The position numbers were made by a program, and so were the translations under genes. A DNA stretch of 11,129 bases from Ignisphaera sp. (GTDB taxonomy: Archaea; Thermoproteota; Thermoprotei_A; Sulfolobales; Ignisphaeraceae). The DNA is taken from the NCBI GenBank assembly GCA_038821645.1, contig JAWBDT010000027.1, positions 1 through 11,129 of the forward strand, written 5' to 3'. The notes under the pieces were generated by a model that ran no database searches, had not been told where the DNA came from, and saw only the letters and a list, made by a program, of their open reading frames with translations. Shown in pieces: positions 1 to 7,800 of the stretch. Position 1 is the stretch's first letter, and each line of letters starts with the position of its first letter.

Positions 1-154
1 CCATAGACCAACTAGAATCTATAGCAATACTATAGAGAGAAATAGTTGAAGCAAACTTTTCGCTACATCTAAACCTAATGAGAAACGGCACATCTTCACT
101 CTTACCCTCAACTATGAATCGTTTACCTAATCTCGATTCAACAGATATAGGCAT
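1..154 (-). CDS. vWA (MIDAS) domain protein, N-terminal 51 codons; runs off the left edge
   Basis: Hand translation from ATG at 154: MPISVESRLGKRFIVEGKSEDVPFLIRFRCSEKFASTISLYSIAIDSSWSM, open to the edge. It ends in a hydrophobic strand plus DxSxS (IAIDSSWSM), the vWA MIDAS motif. GGTG lies 5 nt and TTTATTA about 30 nt upstream. Confidence 0.7.
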   Translation of the reverse strand, partial: MPISVESRLGKRFIVEGKSEDVPFLIRFRCSEKFASTISLYSIAIDSSWSM

Positions 155-588
155 ATATGCACCAATAACACTTGTACTCAGAAGACTAATAAATATGTCA
201 TAAATAGTATGAAGTAATTTAATACATTAGCTAAAATATGGATTTTTTTTTTGAATACTCTTATTCAGTAGGTTATTAATTATAACGTCCTTGAGAGTTG
301 CATTAATAAATATTATAGATCTACGTCCAATAGTACTTAACAACTCTTTGATGTAGCTTCTTCTTATTACTTTGTAACTACTACTAAAGCTCTGAGGTCG
401 CCAAAGAAAGATATATTGATTATTCACATCATCAGGATAATTAAAAATTGTTGCTGGGTCTTAGGACTGATAAGTTCTTTAAGAAATATAGTTACAACGT
501 GGATCTAGTGAAGTAATGCTATTCTATTCTGCTATCTTTTCATATTTATTTATGTGTTTATTTAACTATATTTTGTTCTCTATCTATA

Positions 589-1428
589 TTATTTTCCTAA
601 AGAGAGTTGTTCTATGCTTAGTGTATTTCTGAACCATACATCTATTTGTGGAAACGGTATCTCTATACCTGCATCACTTAATGCTTTCTTCATTTTCCAT
701 AACAGATCCTTCATAGTGTCGTAAGCTACTTGTGGTGGTGTCCAAACTCTTACTGTTATTGCTACACCGCTTTGTTCAAGATTTGATACAAAGATATCTG
801 GAGCTGGATTTACAAGCACATATGGATGTTCATCTAACACATTCTTTATTACTCGATACGCTTTTTCAGCATCTTCTTTGTACGATATCGAGAGCTTGAA
901 CTCTATTCTTCTAGCTACAGCTTTGCTAAAATTCTTCGTAATACCGCTAATTATTTGTGTATTAGCTACACTGATGATGATGCCATCAAAAGTTCTTATA
1001 CGTGTAAAGATAGGAGATACTTCTGTTACTTCACCTGCATTATTTGCTACTTCAACAATTTCACCAACGCTTATCGTCTTTTCAATCATTAGATAGAGTC
1101 CTGCAAAGAGGTTCGATAAAAGTGGTTGAAGAGCTACACCAATGACTATACCCGCAAAACCTCCAGCTAATACAAATCCTGTAACATCTATACCGATAGC
1201 TCCAAGAGCTACTACAACAACTGTAAACAGTAACACATAGTATATAGCTCTACTCACATTAGACGCTATAGCCTTTGATGTTCTAGCTGAAAGAAATTTT
1301 AAGAATGTTCTTCTGACTATGATACTAATCGCTATTCCAACAACTATTATAGACACAAATACGATAACCCTGTATATAGCTTCATTATTCAAAAGCGATA
1401 TATTCTCGATAATGTCTCTTAAACTCAT
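589..1428 (-). CDS. mscS: Small-conductance mechanosensitive channel (MscS family)
   Basis: Three N-terminal hydrophobic helices, Gly/Ala-rich TM3 (LAGGFAGIVIGVALQPLLSNLFAG), beta domain (GEIVEV..GEVTEVS..TRIRTFDG), C-terminal GIEIPFPQIDV. Start placed at ATG 1428 (TGATG overlap with the upstream stop, GTGGGG upstream) rather than GTG 1440. Confidence 0.93.
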   Translation of the reverse strand: MSLRDIIENISLLNNEAIYRVIVFVSIIVVGIAISIIVRRTFLKFLSARTSKAIASNVSRAIYYVLLFTVVVVALGAIGIDVTGFVLAGGFAGIVIGVALQPLLSNLFAGLYLMIEKTISVGEIVEVANNAGEVTEVSPIFTRIRTFDGIIISVANTQIISGITKNFSKAVARRIEFKLSISYKEDAEKAYRVIKNVLDEHPYVLVNPAPDIFVSNLEQSGVAITVRVWTPPQVAYDTMKDLLWKMKKALSDAGIEIPFPQIDVWFRNTLSIEQLSLGK

Positions 1429-2150
1429 CAATATCCCCACAACATATCGCTTCTAAAACTAATTAAAGGCGATTTAACTTCTTCTGGTTCATCTATAGCT
1501 CTATACCCAGATTCGATAGGTTCTTTCTCATATTCTACAACAGCTGTTGAAGAGCTGTTGATAGTTACTATAATGCGTTGAGTACAACATCTCCAGCTAC
1601 CGTATTTATAGAATATGTATAGGGGTGAGGAATCTAGAAGAAGTTTAGATAAGATAGCAAATCTATCTAATTTATTCCTTACCTCTAGATGTGATAAACA
1701 AAAACCTAGATCTATCTCTCTAGGTTTCTCTAAAAAAACATCTGTTTTACAGTACCTAGCGATAAGCCCACTCATATCTCCATATCTAGATGGTGGACCA
1801 TAGAGGGTGTATTTATATAAATTGTGAAGGGGAATTATATCTATAATTACGAAAGAGCTACCACTATAGCTATAGACAGCTGCATCGATCGGTAAATAGA
1901 AGTAGAGAGATAGACTATCCATTGGCGGGACATAGATAGGTCTATTGAATTCACATAAGATATACTTTGTGATAAATCTTGGGTAATAGACGGGATACAT
2001 AGGTAATAACTTTAATACACCTTTTGTTATCACCTCTTTCTCGACTACATCATCTCTATACCTTCTATACAACACATTATCTCCTAAAACATCAACATAA
2101 ACTCTATACATACCCACAATAACAGATGTCTCTATCTCTCTTCCAAACAT
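1428..2150 (-). CDS. DUF432 family protein
   Basis: 240-aa ORF with motifs I recognise as DUF432-like (P..P..IT.YIL.EF..PI.VPP, PIDAAV, KYTLYG...G.IARY); 1-nt overlap with mscS. Confidence 0.75.
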   Translation of the reverse strand: MFGREIETSVIVGMYRVYVDVLGDNVLYRRYRDDVVEKEVITKGVLKLLPMYPVYYPRFITKYILCEFNRPIYVPPMDSLSLYFYLPIDAAVYSYSGSSFVIIDIIPLHNLYKYTLYGPPSRYGDMSGLIARYCKTDVFLEKPREIDLGFCLSHLEVRNKLDRFAILSKLLLDSSPLYIFYKYGSWRCCTQRIIVTINSSSTAVVEYEKEPIESGYRAIDEPEEVKSPLISFRSDMLWGY

Positions 2151-2181
2151 CTATAGACCACTAAGAACCTCAAAGCTACAC

Positions 2182-2189
2182 TTATTAAA
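2182..2189 (-). promoter_or_regulatory. Candidate archaeal TATA box (TTTAATAA) for DUF432-mscS
   Basis: TATA-like octamer 31 nt upstream of ATG 2150; the AT-rich background weakens it. Confidence 0.45.
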
Positions 2190-2330
2190 AAATGGTTAAC
2201 ATCAATAAATTTGCCTAAGGTTTGCGATAACAGTGCAATTTAATTAACATCATGTATTTCGTAAAGAGGCGCTAAACATTCTTTCATAACATTACTCACT
2301 GTACAAGAATTTAAATAGACTTTGATTAAG

Positions 2331-3086
2331 CTAGTAGCTTAGGGTTTCTAGGTATTCTGTTTTATCAGGTATTCCAGCTTCTTTAAACGCTTTTCTTCTA
2401 TTGATACAGCTTTCACATGTACCACAATGTTTTTCAAGTCCTTTATAGCAACTCCATGTTCTATAAACAAGATCGCCTACCGTATTGTAACACATTTTCA
2501 AGAGTTCACTCTTCTTTAGCATGGCTATACTTGGTGTCCATACCTCGATACCTCTCCTATCTCTGAAGTGGCATATCTTTAGCGCTGATTCTATTGAAAG
2601 AAAACATTCTGGTGAACAATCAGGGTACATTGGCTCGCCCGTATCTTTTCGTGGCTCTACATCGCTGTACTGGCTACCTAAAACCACTACAGCTTTATCA
2701 CATACACCTTGCTCCAGCAATGTATAGGCATAAGCTGTAGCTATTGTAAGCATAACGATATTCCTAATCGGTACAACTACTGTTCTCTCATATTCCTTCT
2801 TTATATCTACAGTTTCATCTACTAATTGAGTACCTTTCCAAAGTTTCTTCATAAACGATATATCTAGAACCAATAAATCTATAACCCTTCCCCATTTCCT
2901 CTCTACAGCAACACTATTCAATTCACTAACAATTCCTTTTACAGTTTCTAGCTCCTTTCTAGAAGCCTTGTGACCATAATCAAAAAATACAACAGATGCA
3001 TCATAACCTTTACTAAGCCAATAAACTAATGAACACATGCTATCTACTCCCCCACTAACTAAAGCAACAACTCTTGTTTTAACCAC
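2331..3086 (-). CDS. queC: 7-cyano-7-deazaguanine (preQ0) synthase QueC
   Basis: PP-loop SGGVDS, FDYG, VPIRN, YPDC and Zn-binding TWSCY-x5-HCGTCESC; GTG start preceded by GAGGTGGTGA SD. Confidence 0.95.
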   Translation of the reverse strand: MVKTRVVALVSGGVDSMCSLVYWLSKGYDASVVFFDYGHKASRKELETVKGIVSELNSVAVERKWGRVIDLLVLDISFMKKLWKGTQLVDETVDIKKEYERTVVVPIRNIVMLTIATAYAYTLLEQGVCDKAVVVLGSQYSDVEPRKDTGEPMYPDCSPECFLSIESALKICHFRDRRGIEVWTPSIAMLKKSELLKMCYNTVGDLVYRTWSCYKGLEKHCGTCESCINRRKAFKEAGIPDKTEYLETLSY

Positions 3087-3161
3087 ATATCACCACCTCA
3101 TCTGTTTGGAGATTTTTAGTGAACATAAAGATACAAATATTTAGTGATTTAAATAAACTCT

Positions 3162-3785
3162 TTACCTTATTCCTATGATTTTATGAAGCTGGGGCAATAC
3201 TCTATATGGAAGGTTATGTTTAAGTACATACTCAACAAGTTCTGTATAGCTTATTGTGTAACTATTTGGCTGTACAGATAATCTATCTAATGGAACATGC
3301 CTCGATACATATTTTATCAACTCATGAAAATCTTTCTCAGGATCCGTGATCACGAACTTAATCCATAGTCTATCTATAGGTATTTTACCCAACTTCATAC
3401 CCAGATAATCTGGATTAAACGATGGTAGCTTTGGTGATGCTACAATTAGATCAACCATTTCTTTAACTATATCAGAAGGCTCCACAGATGCATTGGTCTC
3501 TATCGCTACTCTAAATCCAAGTCTCTTTAATTCAATTACTAACTTATCGAGCTCCGATAATTGCAGTAGAGGTTCTCCACCAGTTATTGTAACCCATCTA
3601 GCTCTAGATTCTATAGCTTCTTTCACGATACTATCTATACTCATCTCTTCTCCATCATTCCATGCATACTTGGTATCACAATACCTGCAACGTAAATTGC
3701 AGCCCGAAAGCCTTATAAAAAAGCATGGAACACCTATTAGCACACCCTCGCCTTGGATAGACTTGAACATCTCTACTATCCTTAT
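3162..3785 (-). CDS. queE: 7-carboxy-7-deazaguanine synthase QueE (radical SAM); start likely ATA 3785, first ATG at 3770
   Basis: SIQGEG, FIRLSGCNLRCRYCDT (CxxxCxxC), TGGEPLLQ, IETN, SPK, QP, PQLHK. The in-frame upstream codons read I-R-I-V-E, and GAGGTG (3794-3799) sits 8 nt before the ATA. Confidence 0.93.
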   Translation of the reverse strand: MRIVEMFKSIQGEGVLIGVPCFFIRLSGCNLRCRYCDTKYAWNDGEEMSIDSIVKEAIESRARWVTITGGEPLLQLSELDKLVIELKRLGFRVAIETNASVEPSDIVKEMVDLIVASPKLPSFNPDYLGMKLGKIPIDRLWIKFVITDPEKDFHELIKYVSRHVPLDRLSVQPNSYTISYTELVEYVLKHNLPYRVLPQLHKIIGIR

Positions 3786-4156
3786 GGATACCCCACCTCA
3801 ATCCAACTAGTTGGAGACTCATAAATTCTAACCTTTATACCTAGGAACGTGATTCCAAGAGCTTTTAATGATGTACAGATACGTTCAAGTATATATGTGG
3901 CTATAAGCTCAGAGGTCACATTTTTATCTCTAAATACTTCATTGAGATAGGTGTGATCCAATACTTCAATTGCATCTCTAGCAATTTTCTTAAGCAAAAT
4001 AATGTCTATAACCATATTCATTTCACTCAATGAATTTGATTCAACTTCAACATCAACTATATAGGTATGTCCATGTAGATTTCTACAAGGTCCCTGATGA
4101 TTTTCTATTCTATGAGCAGCTGAAAAGTATTCTCTAACACCAACTCTATATCTCAT
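3782..4156 (-). CDS. queD: 6-carboxy-5,6,7,8-tetrahydropterin synthase QueD (PTPS family)
   Basis: FSAAH, CRNLHGHTY, LDHTYLNE, TSELIA, YESPTS motifs; ATG 4156 (or TTG 4159) with GAGGT upstream; adjacent to queE and queC. Confidence 0.93.
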   Translation of the reverse strand: MRYRVGVREYFSAAHRIENHQGPCRNLHGHTYIVDVEVESNSLSEMNMVIDIILLKKIARDAIEVLDHTYLNEVFRDKNVTSELIATYILERICTSLKALGITFLGIKVRIYESPTSWIEVGYP

Positions 4157-4783
4157 CAACCACTACCTCATAGATGTTTTATCTATTAACAAATTTTATG
4201 GATCAGATATTATATTCATGTCTTCAATATTTCCAATACTAATCATATGTATCCCTAAACCTAGAGAAATATCATAAAATTTCGATGACAAATCAACAAA
4301 CATAAGATAGTGCATCAATCATAGACTCTACACTCTTAATAAACTTGGTGCATAGTATCTAGACAAAATAGTTAACTAGAGACTAAAGTGATTATAGCTA
4401 GAACTTTATTCATTCTTCATACAATATTATTTATCGAGTTACAGATAGTGATGATAATCTTATGCTTACCTCTGTAATATTTTAACCTTAAAATCTATCT
4501 TGACATATTGCTATATTTGATTTACTTTATCTAGTTAGCTTTCTTCTTTTTCAGCAACATTTTTATTTCAGATAAAAGTCTAGTGAAAGGGGTATGTAGA
4601 GGATAATAGTATTCTACTCAATATAGAGCTATGTTAGAGTAATATGTAGATCTCAAGTCTGAAGTATAGCTACATCTGGTAATCAATATCTCTATTAATT
4701 ATAAATCGTGATTTAAATTATTTATTGCAATAGATTATGAGAAGATAGATACAAGCTCATATATATTTTCATATAAGATGTAT

Positions 4784-4789
4784 AAAAAA
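4784..4789 (-). terminator. Oligo-T archaeal terminator candidate for the glycoside hydrolase gene
   Basis: T6 run on the - strand 25 nt after the stop codon. Confidence 0.35.
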
Positions 4790-4814
4790 TGAATGAGTTA
4801 ATAGGTTCATAATG

Positions 4815-7800
4815 TTACCAAAGCACTCTTATTGGTGGTGCTGATAACCCTTCTATATCTGTTGTTTTTGTATCACTACTTATTGTTATACCTATGTATA
4901 GTTGTTGATTTGGTGAAGCTGTTAGCTTCGGTATTATTATTGGATTGCTATTGGCTTCCTCTAGATGTGCTACACCGTTATATGTTACATTTGTCCATCC
5001 GCTGCCCCATAAAGTCGCCTTAAGTTCAGATTTAATTGATGAGAGATCTATTCTGAAACTACTACCAGTTATCACAGCATTTTCAACTACTTTTTGATTA
5101 TTAACATATATAGCTGAGACACCTACTTCAGACATAGAGGCCCAACCATCTCTAGGTATCACTATTCTGCCTCCAACACTATTGAACTCTATCTTAACAA
5201 TATCTCCTTCTGCTACATTTATGGTACCTTTATTTGTTGTTATCTGACCACCATACCCAACTTTAAATTCCATATATCCTGATAGATTAGCAGGTCTAGC
5301 GGCATTGATCTTCACAGGACAAACATCTCCACTACAGCTTCCCAGTACAACTTCTTGTGGCTGATATTCTCCGATAATTTGTACTGGTAGATATAGTCCT
5401 TTTGATAACCAGTAGTTTCTTATACTCCATTTCAGATATACCCATGGAACCTTGATACCGCCAAACTCTGTTCCAAGCTCTGATACAGTAAAGTATAGGT
5501 TCTCCCAACCACTTAGATAGGTATATCTTCCCGCAATCTTCACAAAATCATTCCAACACCATGCTAAGTATCTTCCAGACGCCCTTGGCACAGTTATTCT
5601 AAATGCAAAATACTCCCAACCCATATTTCCATGCCAAACCTCAAATCTCTGATTAACCTTTAACTGATCAACATATATCGTTATAGGCACTACATCAGCT
5701 ACGTCACCAGCACCCTGAAGTCCATGGTAAGAGAACCACACCATAAGCTCCACTTCATTATCGTTTACACCTCTACCTCTGCTAGTATCTCTCATTAGCC
5801 ATGTCTCAAATGCAAAATTATACAGAATCCTCTTATCAGTATGTGTTATGGAGTAACTATCTACATAAACACATAGCTTCACATTATCATTAACTAAATC
5901 ACGTACTCTTATAGGCAAATCAACACGCTCATTAGTAATAAACCCTTCAGGAGCAGGTCCATAATCATTCCAAGGCTTTCCACCAACCCAAATCTCTGGA
6001 TACCCATGCACCCAACCACCAGTACCTGAATAATTAACATCTATTACTACATCCAATTGATAGTCCTTAGGTCCATAAACTTTAGCAACAAGCTGAACAT
6101 TACCTCGAGTAATTCCAGGACAATTCCATAAATTACCCTCTAATACAAATTCACATACACCATTACCATCAGTATCCAAACATGCCCATGGAAACACATT
6201 ATTACTATCAGCAATCAAAGTGACAACAGTTCTAGTAGTTGTTGGTGTAGGGGTAGTAGTTGGTGTAGTTATAACAGTTGTTGTTGGTGTAGGGGTAGGT
6301 GTGGTTCTAGGTGTTGTAGGCGTTGTTACAACAGTAGTTGTAATAGGAGTAGTAGTTGTTATTGTTATTGTTCTGATTATTGTTACTGGTACTGTTGTTG
6401 TATGTGTAACTGGCACAATAGTTGTTATAGGTGATGTAACTGTAAATGTTACAGTAACTGTTACAGGAACATTAACAACAGTCGATAGAGTAACAGGAAC
6501 AACAGTAACAGTAGTTGTTGGTGTTGGTATTGGTGTAGGAGTAGGCGTTGCCATTGTTACTTCGTACCATAATGTTTGATATGAGCTACCTATGGATATG
6601 ACTTGGTTTCCTCCCGATGTAGTTACAGATACCGGTGATTTCCTCTTACCTGTGTTGTCTAGCGCATATGCTGTTGCTCTATTGCTTGTTTTAATAGTTA
6701 TTGTTGCCTCTATTCCTTCGGTAATTGTTGGTGCTCTGCCCATATCTCTATATGTTGTCAGTTTTAGTCCGTGAAGGTTTGGTACTGATGCTAGATCTGT
6801 TGTGGCTGTAAATAGTAGTTGTTTATTATCGTAATTGTAGATCTTTGTCTCTGTATTAGTTGTTAATCCTACTGCTACTATCAGTACTCTTTTAGCGTCT
6901 CTAAAGCTCGATCCATCTAATACATGTATAGCTATTGTTGCCCAACCATTTAGTAGCGTATTCTTAACCTCTATGGCAATTTCCCCTAGGTCGAATCTTT
7001 TACCACCAATAAATCCTGTCAGAACTTTGCTTCTAGATGTATTAACTATGAACACGCATCTACCAGATTCTCTGCAATCCCATATTAATTCACCAGTATC
7101 GCTAACATACAGAGGTTGACTAGGTGCGGGAACATCTCTTGGTAGTAATGTATTTGGTGGTCTAGAGCGATTTGATGGTACAACTACTACACCGTGGAGT
7201 AGTGCTGTATGTGCAGGATTGCCGGCCATTCTACCATTTGGAAGATTCCATACGCCAGCTGTTCTAGACCTGATAAACTCTATTTCTTGATCTCTAGAAA
7301 GTTCAACAGCAACCCATTGCCTAGCTACCTGGACGTCGCCTCTGACAAACAACATATGTGCTGTAATCATCATAGCCCATCTTTGGGGATCTTGACCGAA
7401 ATCTAGTGTAGCCATGATACGTCTCGTATCGAAATTCCATCCATAATCTGGGTCTCCATAACAGTAAGGTAGTATTCCATCCCAGTCATGGAATGCTCCA
7501 TAAGCTGACAGGAATACCCATCCTTCTGCTCTATACATGTTTGGAAATGGATGATTGTATTCGCTTATAGTATGAGGTTTACCAGCTATTTTTTGATTAG
7601 CCATTCCAACAATTGTACTTGATGTGGGATTATTCACCATAGCGGTATTCAGTACATAGTAATCACCAGACCAGAAGTCGCCAGCAGGATAGTTCCAGTA
7701 TCCATGTGAATCAGCTAAATCCATATGTTGCATGATGTTGGGTGTCCCTCCCCATGTCATCTGCGTACCTATTACAAGTGCTTTTACTTTTAGTTCATTC

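Noticed and set aside
227-427. 66-aa - strand ORF in frame with the vWA gene, separated from it by one TAA
   Set aside because: No motifs, very AT-rich, and the vWA gene has its own ATG, SD-like and TATA-like signals, so readthrough or a longer pseudogene is not needed.
878-3810. + strand ORFs 878..1096, 1615..1803, 2521..2727 and 3493..3810
   Set aside because: Antisense shadows of well-supported genes, with no motifs of their own.
4449-4505. TGATGA C-box-like motif suggesting a C/D sRNA
   Set aside because: No CTGA D box at the expected distance, and too AT-rich.
4832-7406. + strand ORFs 4832..5023, 6220..6579, 6592..6774 and 7209..7406
   Set aside because: Antisense to the hydrolase; the Val-rich ORF simply mirrors Thr codons.
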